This document shows, in pieces, positions 29,367-39,193 of a stretch of DNA of 64,000 nucleotides. Origin of the DNA: Spirochaetia bacterium (lineage in GTDB: Bacteria; Spirochaetota; Spirochaetia; UBA9216). The stretch lies in contig OZ223267.1 of assembly GCA_965140585.1 (NCBI GenBank), positions 352,001-416,000 of the forward strand. The letters run 5' to 3'. The stretch's first letter is position 1. Each line of letters begins with the position of its first letter. Both the position numbers and the translations under genes were made by a program. The notes below the pieces were generated by a model. That model made no database searches. It was not told the DNA's origin and saw only the letters and a program-made list of their open reading frames with translations.

Positions 29367-30537
29367 CTGCTTTCTGGATATTGATTATGCACGAATAAAC
29401 AAGAAATCTCAGCGTGCAGGCGGAGATGTCTTTCTTTCAAGAAAGTCGGACACAGACGGAAGAGTCGTTTCAGTGCTTTCAGACGGTCTTGGAAGCGGCA
29501 TAAAGGCGAATGTTCTGGCAACCCTGACTACAACACTTGCTGCAGGATGTATAGCAGGCAGCCTTTCAATAGAGAGGACTGCAGAGGTAATTATGCGGAG
29601 TCTTCCTGAATGCAGCGAAAGAAAGATAAGTTATGCCACCTTCACCATTATTGATATTGAATATGACGGAAGTACAAGGATTATCGAATACGACAATCCG
29701 GGTTATCTGCTTTTACGGGACGGCAGACTTCTATCCCCCGAAAAGAAAACCATAACTGTCAACAGCCCGAACGGCAGAAACAATTTGTATTTTTCATTCA
29801 TAAAACTGCAGAGCGGCGATCGCATTGTTATGTACTCTGACGGAGTACCTCAGTCAGGAATAGGAAACAGGGAACTGCCGCTCGGGTGGGAAACTGAAAG
29901 AGCCAATGACTGGATTGTGAAAAAGATAGCCGACCAGCCTAATATCTCTTCAAGGGAACTGTCAAAGGCTGTTGTAAACAGGGCTGTTAGAAACGATATC
30001 TACATTCCACGTGATGATATTACCTGTGCTGTTATTTATGCCAGACAGCCGCGGAAACTCATGGTTGTCACCGGTCCTCCGCTGGACAGCTCAAGGGATA
30101 CTGAACTTGCCGGAATGGTTAAAAGTTTCCCTGGAAAGATGATTGTAAGCGGAGGAACCACCGCCAATATTATTTCAAGAGAACTCGGCCGCAAGGTTAG
30201 AACTGATCTCAGCAGACTTGATGGAGATCTTCCGCCAACAGCCCAAATGGATGGAATAGATCTTGTAACCGAGGGGATTTTCACTCTTGCGCGTACGGCA
30301 GAACTGCTTGAATCGGGTGAATACCGTTCAATGCGCCGGAAGAACGGCGCATCACAGATTATTGATCTGCTTCTGGACAGTGATGAGATCAACTTCGTTG
30401 TGGGAACACGGATCAATAATGCCCATCAGGATCCGAATGTTCCGGTAGGCCTTGAGATAAGGCGGAATATAGTAAACCGGATAGGAAAATGTCTTTCTGA
30501 CAAGTTACTTAAGGAAGTAAACATCTCTTATATATAG
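29359..30537 (+). CDS. hfsC: SpoIIE/PP2C-type Ser/Thr phosphatase (HfsC-like)
   Basis: VLSDGLGSGIKANVL, SYATFT, YSDGV, DDITC, GGTTANI. Confidence 0.88.
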   Translation: MHNCFLDIDYARINKKSQRAGGDVFLSRKSDTDGRVVSVLSDGLGSGIKANVLATLTTTLAAGCIAGSLSIERTAEVIMRSLPECSERKISYATFTIIDIEYDGSTRIIEYDNPGYLLLRDGRLLSPEKKTITVNSPNGRNNLYFSFIKLQSGDRIVMYSDGVPQSGIGNRELPLGWETERANDWIVKKIADQPNISSRELSKAVVNRAVRNDIYIPRDDITCAVIYARQPRKLMVVTGPPLDSSRDTELAGMVKSFPGKMIVSGGTTANIISRELGRKVRTDLSRLDGDLPPTAQMDGIDLVTEGIFTLARTAELLESGEYRSMRRKNGASQIIDLLLDSDEINFVVGTRINNAHQDPNVPVGLEIRRNIVNRIGKCLSDKLLKEVNISYI

Positions 30538-30560
30538 GAGATGAATAAAAGGGAGTTAAT

Positions 30561-31052
30561 ATGGCTGCAGAAAAAATGAAAAAGGTATGGGAGATCCTTG
30601 AGGCAAACGATTTCAACCAGGCAAGGCTTATACCCATCCTACAGGCTATTCAGGATGAATACCGTTATCTGCCCGAAGAAGTTCTGACATTCACCGCAAC
30701 CGCATTAGGCCTGTCGCCGGCCAAGGTTTTCGGTGTAGTAACTTTTTACAGTCACTTTTCGCTTGAGCCCAAAGGAAAATATGTGATTAAAGTATGTGAC
30801 GGAACAGCCTGCCACGTAAAGGGTTCGGGAAAGCTGATTGAAACCATCCGGAAGCATCTTGAGCTTGGTGAAAAGGATAGAAGCACAAGAGACCTTATGT
30901 TTACTCTTGAGACTGTTTCATGCCTCGGTGCATGCGGACTTGCCCCGGCTGTCGTTGTGAACGATAAGATATTCGGACAGGTTACCGAAGCCGGAGTCAG
31001 GGAAATTATCGATAACATCAAAGCATCGGAGGCTGTTCATGTCTGCAGTTAA
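30561..31052 (+). CDS. hydC: NuoE-like hydrogenase subunit HydC
   Basis: VCDGTACHVKG, CLGACGLAP. Confidence 0.9.
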   Translation: MAAEKMKKVWEILEANDFNQARLIPILQAIQDEYRYLPEEVLTFTATALGLSPAKVFGVVTFYSHFSLEPKGKYVIKVCDGTACHVKGSGKLIETIRKHLELGEKDRSTRDLMFTLETVSCLGACGLAPAVVVNDKIFGQVTEAGVREIIDNIKASEAVHVCS

Positions 31053-32934
31053 TCTTGATACTATTAAAGACCGTTATACACAGATGCGCAGTGAAGTTGA
31101 GCGCAGGATCATTGTCTGTGCCGGAACCGGCTGCCTTGCCAACGGTTCGGCTGATATTTTCAAATCATTTGAACAGAAGCAGCTTGAACGCGGACTGAAA
31201 GTGAGTGTTAAACTCAGGCCTGAAGACGATTCTCCGGATATTCTTGTTTCGGGAAGCGGTTGTCAGGGCTTCTGCCAGGTCGGTCCGCTGGTAACCATTC
31301 AGCCCGACGGTATCCTGTATGCACATGTTAAACCCGAAGATGTGGAAGATATCATTGAAAAAACAATTTTAAATGGTGAGGTAATTGAAAGACTACTGTA
31401 CACCGAACCTGCTTCAGGGAACAGCTGCAGGGGCACTTTAGAAATACCATTCTACGCAAAGCAGAGCAGACAGGTGCTTAAAAACTGCGGAAACTGTGAC
31501 CCTCTCGATCTGAATGAATATATTGCCGGAGACGGTTATGAAGCTGCCAGAAAGGCTTTCACTGCCATGAAGCCTGAAGATATCTGTGCTCTGATAAAAG
31601 AGGCCGGACTTAGAGGCAGGGGCGGCGGAGGTTTTTCTACAGGAAGAAAGTGGGAACTTGGCAACAGACAGCAGTCTGATAAAAAGTACATCATATGCAA
31701 CGGCGATGAGGGAGATCCGGGTGCCTTCATGGACCGGAGTATTCTTGAGGGAAATCCTCACTCTGTAGTCGAAGGTATGATGATAGCTGCTGCAGCCACT
31801 GGTTCGGATGAAGGCTACATCTACGTTAGAACTGAGTATCCCCTTGCTGTTGAACGAATCAGGAAGGCCATTACAGCTGCTGAGGATGCAGGAATTTTAG
31901 GAGATTCTATCTTCGGAACAGGCAGGAGTCTGAAGCTTCATGTAATGGAGGGCGCCGGAGCCTTTGTCTGCGGAGAGGCTAGCGCTATGGTTTCAAGTAT
32001 TATGGGAAATCGCGGCATGCCTAAACCCAAACCGCCCAGGACTGCCGAGAAAGGTCTGTGGGATATGCCTACAGTAGTAAATAATGTTGAAACTCTTGCT
32101 ACAGTGCCAATGATACTCCGTGTGGGTGTTGAAGCTTACAGGTCAAAGGGTACAGAGGGTTCACCGGGTACAAAGACTTTTGCTCTTACGGGGCACGTAG
32201 CAAATACCGGTTTAATTGAAGTTCCCTTCGGAACAACCCTGCGTCAGATCATCTTTGAAATTGGCGGCGGAGTAATCGATGAAAACGGCAAAATAGATAA
32301 CAGCGCTTTTAAGGCCGTTCAGATCGGCGGACCTTCAGGCGGATGCCTTATTGAAGAGCACCTCGATATTCCGCTGGATTTTGATTCGCTTGGAAAAGTA
32401 GGTGCCATGATAGGTTCCGGCGGACTGGTTGTAATGAACAAATCAACCTGTATGGTCCAGATTGCCCGCTTTTTCATGCAGTTCACCCAGCATGAGTCCT
32501 GCGGAAAATGTATTCCCTGCCGTGAAGGAACCAGGCAGATGCTTGAACTGCTTGATTCAATTATGGACGGCAGGGCTGATGAATCCACCCTCGATCTGCT
32601 TGAAGAACTGTGCATGACTGTCTCAAAAGCATCACTCTGCGGACTGGGGAAATCAGCACCTTCACCGGTACTTTCAACATTAAAACAGTTCCGTGAAGAA
32701 TATCTTGCACATGTTGTGGATAAACGGTGCCCGGCTGGACAGTGCAAGGCCTTAACACCGATTAGCATAGATCCAGATCTCTGCAGGGGCTGTACGCTCT
32801 GTGCCAGAAAGTGTCCGGTCGGTGCAATCAAAGGTGATAAGAAGGAAGCACACGTAATTGACGAAGAGCTCTGTATTAAATGCAGAGCCTGTATCGAAGC
32901 CTGTAAATTCAATGCAATAGGAGGTGCGGCATGA
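31039..32934 (+). CDS. hydB: NuoF-like FMN/NAD(P) subunit HydB
   Basis: N-terminal 2Fe-2S; GLRGRGGGGF, NGDEGDPGAFMDR, ESCGKCIPCREG; C-terminal 2x4Fe-4S. Confidence 0.92.
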   Translation: MSAVNLDTIKDRYTQMRSEVERRIIVCAGTGCLANGSADIFKSFEQKQLERGLKVSVKLRPEDDSPDILVSGSGCQGFCQVGPLVTIQPDGILYAHVKPEDVEDIIEKTILNGEVIERLLYTEPASGNSCRGTLEIPFYAKQSRQVLKNCGNCDPLDLNEYIAGDGYEAARKAFTAMKPEDICALIKEAGLRGRGGGGFSTGRKWELGNRQQSDKKYIICNGDEGDPGAFMDRSILEGNPHSVVEGMMIAAAATGSDEGYIYVRTEYPLAVERIRKAITAAEDAGILGDSIFGTGRSLKLHVMEGAGAFVCGEASAMVSSIMGNRGMPKPKPPRTAEKGLWDMPTVVNNVETLATVPMILRVGVEAYRSKGTEGSPGTKTFALTGHVANTGLIEVPFGTTLRQIIFEIGGGVIDENGKIDNSAFKAVQIGGPSGGCLIEEHLDIPLDFDSLGKVGAMIGSGGLVVMNKSTCMVQIARFFMQFTQHESCGKCIPCREGTRQMLELLDSIMDGRADESTLDLLEELCMTVSKASLCGLGKSAPSPVLSTLKQFREEYLAHVVDKRCPAGQCKALTPISIDPDLCRGCTLCARKCPVGAIKGDKKEAHVIDEELCIKCRACIEACKFNAIGGAA

Positions 32935-34868
32935 ATAACACTGAAACATACCTGACACTCAATAATGTGAAAGTTCCGATTGACGGGGAGCGCAATCTGC
33001 TGGAACTCATAAGAAAAGCGGGCATAGATCTTCCCACCTTCTGCTACCATTCAGAACTGAGTGTTTACGGAGCATGCCGGCTCTGTATTGTTGAAATAGA
33101 AGGCAAGGGAATTACCGCATCATGCGCAGAACCGCCCAGACCCGGTATGATTATAAAGACTTCGACCAAAAAACTACGTGATATGCGCAGGATGACGCTT
33201 GAGCTGCTGCTTGCAAACCACAAGTTTGACTGTCCTTCCTGTGAGAAGGCAGGAGACTGCAGACTCCTTGAAATATCAAACAAGCTCGGAGTCCGTAATA
33301 TCCGTTTCGGTAGAACCCGTCCATTTTCAGAGAAGGACTGTATGTCAGACAGCCTTATTCGTGATCCCGATAAGTGTATTCTCTGCGGCGACTGTGTACG
33401 CTACTGTGCCGAGATTCAGGGAATCGGAGCTATTGATTTTGCCTATCGCGGAGAAGAAGTAAAGGTTACACCGGCATTCAATAAAAGTCTTGCAAAGGTT
33501 GACTGTGTAAACTGCGGCGGATGTGCTGCAGTATGTCCCACCGGTGCAATTCTGGCACGCAATGAAATTGATGCAGTGCTTGAGAGTATTGATGATGAAA
33601 ATACTCTTACAGTTGTGCAGATTGCACCTGCTGTTCCTGCAGCTCTCGGAGAGGAGTTCGGACTTCAAGGCGAGGATGTCACCGGAAAAATTATTACAGC
33701 GCTCAGGATGATTGGGTTTGATCGAATTTACAGCACAGCCTTCGGAGCCGATATGACGGTTCTTGAAGAGTCCGCTGAATTCATAAAAAGAAAAGAGGAT
33801 GGAAGGAAGCTTCCGCTGTTTACCTCATGCTGTCCGGCCTGGGTTAAATACGCGGAACAGTTCTATCCGGAAATACTCGAAAATGTTTCAAGCTGCATGT
33901 CGCCTCAGGAGATGGTCGGCAGCCTTGCAGAGCGGATAATGACAGAGGATGGAAGCCTGGGGACTGGTAAAAAGCTTTCTGTAATCTCGGTGATGCCCTG
34001 CACAGCAAAAAAATATGAAAAGAACAGACCCGAGCTCTCAAGAGACGGCAGGCAGCTTGTTAATAATGTTATAACAACCAGGGAGCTTGCTGCTCTGATA
34101 AAGATGCATGGACTGCGTTTTGCCGAACTCAAACCATCCGCAATGGATCTCCCGATGGGATACAGTTCAGGAGCGGGAACAATATTCGGTAATTCCGGAG
34201 GAGTTGCTGAAGCAGTTCTCAGATATACAGGAGATCCTGATATCAAAGTATGTACTGTTCAGGGACTGAAGGCTGCCGGAGATATGGCTGAAAAAGTTAA
34301 AAAAGGTGAATGTGAATATGATCTGATTGAGGTAATGGCATGTCCCGGAGGCTGTATAGGCGGAGCAGGACAGCCGGTAGCTGAGGATCGGTCTGTTCTG
34401 AAAAAGAGAGCAGAGGTTCTAAGGGATACCGACAGAATTCAGCCGGTCCATACTTCCTGTCAGAATCCGTTTATAGATGGAATATATGAAAAGTTTCTCG
34501 GGGGTATGCCCGGATCCGGGGAATCGCATAAGTTTCTGCATACAGGCTACCAGAGCCGCCGCCGGATTGAAGCCTCCGGTTTCGATTTGATTAAGGCTTC
34601 ATCTGACGCTGAAGATACACTAAGTGTGAGTATCTGTGTGGGAACAAGCTGCTTTCTAAAAGGTTCGCAGAAGATCCTAGCTGATGTCCTTGAGGCGGCT
34701 GAAGCACCGGAACTGAAAGGTCGACTGAATGTTCAGGCATCATTTTGCAGTGAACATTGCGAAAAGGGGCCGAATGTACATGTTGGAGATACACTTCTCA
34801 CAGGGACTGATTCTGAAAAGATAATCAGTCTTATAAAAAAAGAATTGGGATTTGCCGCTAAAAACTAG
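32931..34868 (+). CDS. hydA: Group A3 [FeFe]-hydrogenase catalytic subunit HydA with C-terminal 2Fe-2S domain
   Basis: TSCCPAW, MPCTAKKYE, EVMACPGGCIGGAGQP; N-terminal F-clusters; CVGTSC tail. Confidence 0.93.
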   Translation: MNNTETYLTLNNVKVPIDGERNLLELIRKAGIDLPTFCYHSELSVYGACRLCIVEIEGKGITASCAEPPRPGMIIKTSTKKLRDMRRMTLELLLANHKFDCPSCEKAGDCRLLEISNKLGVRNIRFGRTRPFSEKDCMSDSLIRDPDKCILCGDCVRYCAEIQGIGAIDFAYRGEEVKVTPAFNKSLAKVDCVNCGGCAAVCPTGAILARNEIDAVLESIDDENTLTVVQIAPAVPAALGEEFGLQGEDVTGKIITALRMIGFDRIYSTAFGADMTVLEESAEFIKRKEDGRKLPLFTSCCPAWVKYAEQFYPEILENVSSCMSPQEMVGSLAERIMTEDGSLGTGKKLSVISVMPCTAKKYEKNRPELSRDGRQLVNNVITTRELAALIKMHGLRFAELKPSAMDLPMGYSSGAGTIFGNSGGVAEAVLRYTGDPDIKVCTVQGLKAAGDMAEKVKKGECEYDLIEVMACPGGCIGGAGQPVAEDRSVLKKRAEVLRDTDRIQPVHTSCQNPFIDGIYEKFLGGMPGSGESHKFLHTGYQSRRRIEASGFDLIKASSDAEDTLSVSICVGTSCFLKGSQKILADVLEAAEAPELKGRLNVQASFCSEHCEKGPNVHVGDTLLTGTDSEKIISLIKKELGFAAKN

Positions 34869-34903
34869 GAACGCACCAACTTCTGTTTGAACGGCATTAT
34901 ATT

Positions 34904-34934
34904 ACCGGTCCGCGGTTCGCGGCCGGTTTTTTTT
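34904..34934 (+). terminator. Terminator of the hyd cluster
   Basis: ACCGGTCCGCG-GTT-CGCGGCCGG-T8. Confidence 0.85.
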
Positions 34935-35013
34935 CATTTGAAACTTGAAATCCAACAGCTGCTTACATAAACTTTATAGTATTAACAGTAGGGATATGAA
35001 GAAAAGGTAGATA

Positions 35014-35889
35014 ATGAAATTCCAAAAGACTGTTTTAGTATATATATCAGTCGGTTTTGTATTGGGCATGATTTGTCTTGATGCCATGTCTGTTGTTCAG
35101 AAACTTTTAATTTCAGACCCTATGAAACTTCAAGGCTTTCTTATCCCTTCGGTTATGGGGGGAATTGCCGGTACTGTTATAAGTCTGCAGCTGTATCATC
35201 TAAAGGGGAAAAATCTGCAGCTGAACAGATATCTTGAGATCGAAAAAATCCTGCACCATGAACTTGAACACCGGGTGAAAAATAATTTCCAGTATATTAT
35301 TTCTGTTCTTTCCCTTAAGGCCATGAGTAAGCAGGATGACCCTGAAATTCAGAATATGCTATTAAGCTGTAGAAACAGGATTGAAAGTGCAAAGACCATG
35401 CATGATCTTGTATATACCGATATGAATAATCTTTCTACAGAATCAAAAATCAGAGTACTTGTTGAAGAACTGATTGAGAATCTTACCGGTCGAACCGATG
35501 TTCCCAGGCTCAGACTTTTTACGGATCTTCCTGATGAAGGGCTGAACCGTGACGTTGAATACAATATCCTTCAGATAATTGTTGAGGCTGTAATGAATGC
35601 AGTGAGTTTTGCATACATTGATTCGAATTCTCAGCCTGAACTGAGGATTGAGATGTTTACAGTAAAAGATCGTATTTTTCTGCAGATCAGCGACAATGGC
35701 TGTGGAATGGATGCTTTGTCTGAAGACAATGACGGGCTTGGAATAAAAATGATATACGCTATCGCTGCCCAGATGAATGCAGCCGTTGAGTTTATCCCAA
35801 AAAAAGAAAATACCGGTGGTGTTGAGATTATTCTTTCATTTAAAGCTTCCGAGGCAAAGGTGAATCTGGCCAGAAAAACTTATTATTGA
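35014..35889 (+). CDS. Membrane sensor histidine kinase (HisKA_2 type)
   Basis: 2 TM; ELEHRVKNN; DNGCG; GLG. Confidence 0.85.
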   Translation: MKFQKTVLVYISVGFVLGMICLDAMSVVQKLLISDPMKLQGFLIPSVMGGIAGTVISLQLYHLKGKNLQLNRYLEIEKILHHELEHRVKNNFQYIISVLSLKAMSKQDDPEIQNMLLSCRNRIESAKTMHDLVYTDMNNLSTESKIRVLVEELIENLTGRTDVPRLRLFTDLPDEGLNRDVEYNILQIIVEAVMNAVSFAYIDSNSQPELRIEMFTVKDRIFLQISDNGCGMDALSEDNDGLGIKMIYAIAAQMNAAVEFIPKKENTGGVEIILSFKASEAKVNLARKTYY

Positions 35890-35929
35890 TAAAATTTTCA
35901 TGTTACAATAACAGCTCTGGAGGATTGTT

Positions 35930-37087
35930 ATGAGTTTCAATTTTTATATTCCGACAAAAGTACTTTTCGGTCCGGGACGTCTTGAAGAACTTTCCCGTGA
36001 AAAACTGCCGGGTAAAAAAGCTCTGATTGTGATTTCATCAGGAAATTCAATGAAGAAGCTTGGTTATTTGGACAGACTTGTCAAACTGCTTGCAAAGCAG
36101 TCGGTCGAATCTGTTGTATTTGATAAAATTCTTCCAAATCCTGTTCTCCGTCATGTTACTGAAGGTGCCGAGCTTGCAAAAAAGCAAGGCTGTGATTTTG
36201 TTATAGGCCTGGGAGGAGGAAGCAGTATCGATTCTGCCAAGAGTATCGCAGTGATGGCTAAAAATCCTGGTAATTACTGGGATTACATAAACGGCGGCAG
36301 CGGTAAAGGACTCCCTGTTAAAGGCGGTGTGCTCCCGATTGTTGCAGTCACAACTACAGCCGGAACAGGCACGGAAGCAGATCCATGGACAGTAATTACA
36401 AATGAAGAGGGCAATGAAAAAATCGGCTTTGGCACACCTGAAACCTTTCCTGTCCTGTCAATTGTTGATCCGGAACTGATGGCCTCTGTTCCGCCTGCAC
36501 TCACAGCCTACCAGGGGTTTGACGCTCTGTTTCACTCACTTGAGGGTTATATTGCTAATATTGCAACACCGGTGAGCGATGCCTTCGCTCTGAAAGCTAT
36601 AGAACTTATCGCCAAATCACTGCCGGAGGCGGTTAATAACGGCAAAAATCTTTCCGCCCGTATGGATGTTGCCACTGCGAATACATTATCCGGTTTTGTA
36701 GAATCGACATCCTCCTGTACTTCAGAGCATTCGATGGAACATGCCCTGAGTGCGTATTATCCGAAACTTCCTCATGGTGCCGGACTGATAATGCTTTCTG
36801 AATCATATTTCAGTTTCTTTGCCGATAAGGTTCCTGAAAAGTTTGCCGCTATGGCCGGAGCCATGGGAAAGGATAGAAAGCCTGAGAACTTTGTTCCGGC
36901 GCTTCTTGAACTTCAGAAAGCCTGCGGTGTTGATACTCTTAAAATGTCCGATTACGGAATTCAGGTTGATGAAGTGAAAAAGATGGCTGAAAACGCCTGG
37001 TATGCAATGGGCGGACTTTTTGAGTTTGATCCTGTAAAATTATCGCTTGAACAGACTGAATCTATTATTGCCAAGGCTTATAAATAA
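35930..37087 (+). CDS. Iron-containing alcohol dehydrogenase
   Basis: GLGGGSSIDSAK, TTAGTGTE, DALFHSLE, HSMEH, HGAG. Confidence 0.93.
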   Translation: MSFNFYIPTKVLFGPGRLEELSREKLPGKKALIVISSGNSMKKLGYLDRLVKLLAKQSVESVVFDKILPNPVLRHVTEGAELAKKQGCDFVIGLGGGSSIDSAKSIAVMAKNPGNYWDYINGGSGKGLPVKGGVLPIVAVTTTAGTGTEADPWTVITNEEGNEKIGFGTPETFPVLSIVDPELMASVPPALTAYQGFDALFHSLEGYIANIATPVSDAFALKAIELIAKSLPEAVNNGKNLSARMDVATANTLSGFVESTSSCTSEHSMEHALSAYYPKLPHGAGLIMLSESYFSFFADKVPEKFAAMAGAMGKDRKPENFVPALLELQKACGVDTLKMSDYGIQVDEVKKMAENAWYAMGGLFEFDPVKLSLEQTESIIAKAYK

Positions 37088-37102
37088 AACTATTATGCTT
37101 GC

Positions 37103-38968
37103 ATGCATCTGTTGTCAGCCGAAAATTTAAGTATAAACCGGGGTGGCAGACTTCTTCTTGAGTCTGCCGGTTTCGGTATGGAATCAGAGGACAAGATAGG
37201 TTTGATTGCTCCCAACGGAGCCGGAAAAACCAGCCTGCTCAGCTGTCTGTCCGGGAAACTTGTTCCGACCGAAGGAAGTATTCATTACCGGAAAAATTTG
37301 AAAATATCCGTTCTATCTCAGCGTGTTGAGCACAATGAAAACGACACTGTTTTTGATTACATTTATAATACTGATAATCCGCGTATGAATCTGCTTCGCG
37401 CATATGAAAAATCGCTTGATATGAAAGATGAGAACCTCTACCAGGAACTGCTTCACAGGATGGATGAAGAGGAGCTCTGGAGTATAGAAAGCAAAGTCAA
37501 TACGATTCTTAAGATGCTTGGAATAACTGACGGAAATCTACCGCTGAAAAATATGTCCGGAGGTATGAAACGCAGGGCGGCACTCGCGGCGGCTTTAGCC
37601 GCAGAGGCTGATGTTCTTTTTCTCGACGAACCTACCAACCACCTTGACCTTGAAACTGTTGTGTGGCTTCAGGAATATCTTCAGAACCTCGACTCCGCAG
37701 TTTTTTTGATAACCCATGACCGTTACTTTCTTGAAGAAGTATGTTCACAAATCTGGGAAATAGAATCTGCTGAACTGTACCGATATCCGGGAAATTATTC
37801 TTCATATATCAAGGGAAGGATGGAGAGGCTTGCTGCAAGGCAGAGGGAGCAGCAGAGGCTGTCCTCGATTCTGCGGCGTGAGGAGGCCTGGCTGAGGCAG
37901 GGACCCAAGGCCCGCAGCAGCCGGGACAAGAAAAGACTTGAAAAGCTATATGATCTAAGGGAGCGGATTACTGCTGAAGATAACAGGAGTATCGAGTTTG
38001 CCACACAGGATACAAGGCTCGGCAAGAAAATCCTGAAGATGTCCGGTATTTCTAAAAGCTATGGAGACAGACCTATTGTTTCGGATTTTACTTATGAGTT
38101 CAATGCCGGACAGCGAATAGGACTTGTCGGTTCAAACGGCTCGGGAAAAACAACTCTGATGAACCTAATTGCAGGGGTAATCGAACCCGAAAGCGGAGAA
38201 GTTAATCCCGGTATAAACACTGTATTCGGATATTTCAGTCAGACCTTCTCTGCTGAAAAACCGGAAATGACTGTTCTGGCCTTCCTCGAAAAGATAGGGG
38301 ATACTTATAATATGCCGGACGGAAGCACCCTGACTCCTGAAACCCTGCTGGATCGGTTTCTTTTTCCGAGGGAACTTCACCGGGTGCCGCTGGAACAGAT
38401 TTCAGGAGGAGAACTCAGACGCCTGTATTTTGTCAGTATACTTCTTACTTCACCGAATTTTCTGTTACTTGATGAACCCACAAATGATCTTGATATAACA
38501 ACCCTTCAGGTTCTGGAAGATTTTCTTGAATCTTTTAAAGGATGCGTTATCACCGTTTCTCACGACCGGGCTTTTCTTGATCGGGTTTCCAACATTCTCT
38601 TTGTCCTTGACGGCACCGGCCGGGTTCTCTCTTTCGGAGGCAGCTGCAGTGATTATCTGGAGCTGAAGAAAGAACAGGATGCTGCAGCTAAGGAAGAAGC
38701 CAGACAGCAGAAGATTGCATCAGCTGCTGTTCAGACCAGACGCCGTGAAGAGAGACCCAAGCTGACCTTTAATGAAAAACGAAGGCTGGAGTCTCTTGAG
38801 GCTGAGCTTCCACAGCTTGAAAACGAGAAATCTGAGCTTGAAGACTACTTTTCTACCGCATTTGCCGGTTCTGAAGAATACAAGCTGAAACATCAGCGAT
38901 ATGAAAAAATTCTCACAGAAATTGATGAAAAATTTGAACTTTGGGCTGAATTAAGTGAGAAGTTATAA
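37103..38968 (+). CDS. uup: ABC-F ATPase, Uup-like
   Basis: Two ABC domains (LDEPTNHLD, LDEPTNDLD), EEAWLRQGPKAR linker, C-terminal coiled coil. Confidence 0.88.
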   Translation: MHLLSAENLSINRGGRLLLESAGFGMESEDKIGLIAPNGAGKTSLLSCLSGKLVPTEGSIHYRKNLKISVLSQRVEHNENDTVFDYIYNTDNPRMNLLRAYEKSLDMKDENLYQELLHRMDEEELWSIESKVNTILKMLGITDGNLPLKNMSGGMKRRAALAAALAAEADVLFLDEPTNHLDLETVVWLQEYLQNLDSAVFLITHDRYFLEEVCSQIWEIESAELYRYPGNYSSYIKGRMERLAARQREQQRLSSILRREEAWLRQGPKARSSRDKKRLEKLYDLRERITAEDNRSIEFATQDTRLGKKILKMSGISKSYGDRPIVSDFTYEFNAGQRIGLVGSNGSGKTTLMNLIAGVIEPESGEVNPGINTVFGYFSQTFSAEKPEMTVLAFLEKIGDTYNMPDGSTLTPETLLDRFLFPRELHRVPLEQISGGELRRLYFVSILLTSPNFLLLDEPTNDLDITTLQVLEDFLESFKGCVITVSHDRAFLDRVSNILFVLDGTGRVLSFGGSCSDYLELKKEQDAAAKEEARQQKIASAAVQTRRREERPKLTFNEKRRLESLEAELPQLENEKSELEDYFSTAFAGSEEYKLKHQRYEKILTEIDEKFELWAELSEKL

Positions 38969-39193
38969 TATAATGAGAAAATACTATATATAAAAATCGT
39001 TTCATAAAAAATTCTGATTAAAAAGATAAGATAAATAATTATTTACATATTGATCTTTTACCATACAGGTTATATTGTATCAGGTGAAATAATTATATTA
39101 ATAACGATTTAATTTGATTATCTGATTAAATCTATTATAATTTAAACCAACTCAGATTAAATAAAGCTAACATATTCATATACAGGGGAAAAA

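Noticed and set aside
32319-33050. 243-aa antisense ORF over hydB, and the other short overlapping ORFs in the track
   Set aside because: Shadow frames of well-supported genes, with no motifs or RBS.
35887-35904. Rex site upstream of Fe-ADH (TTGATAAAATTTTCATGT)
   Set aside because: Several mismatches to TTGTGAA-N4-TTCACAA in AT-rich DNA; plausible but unsupported.
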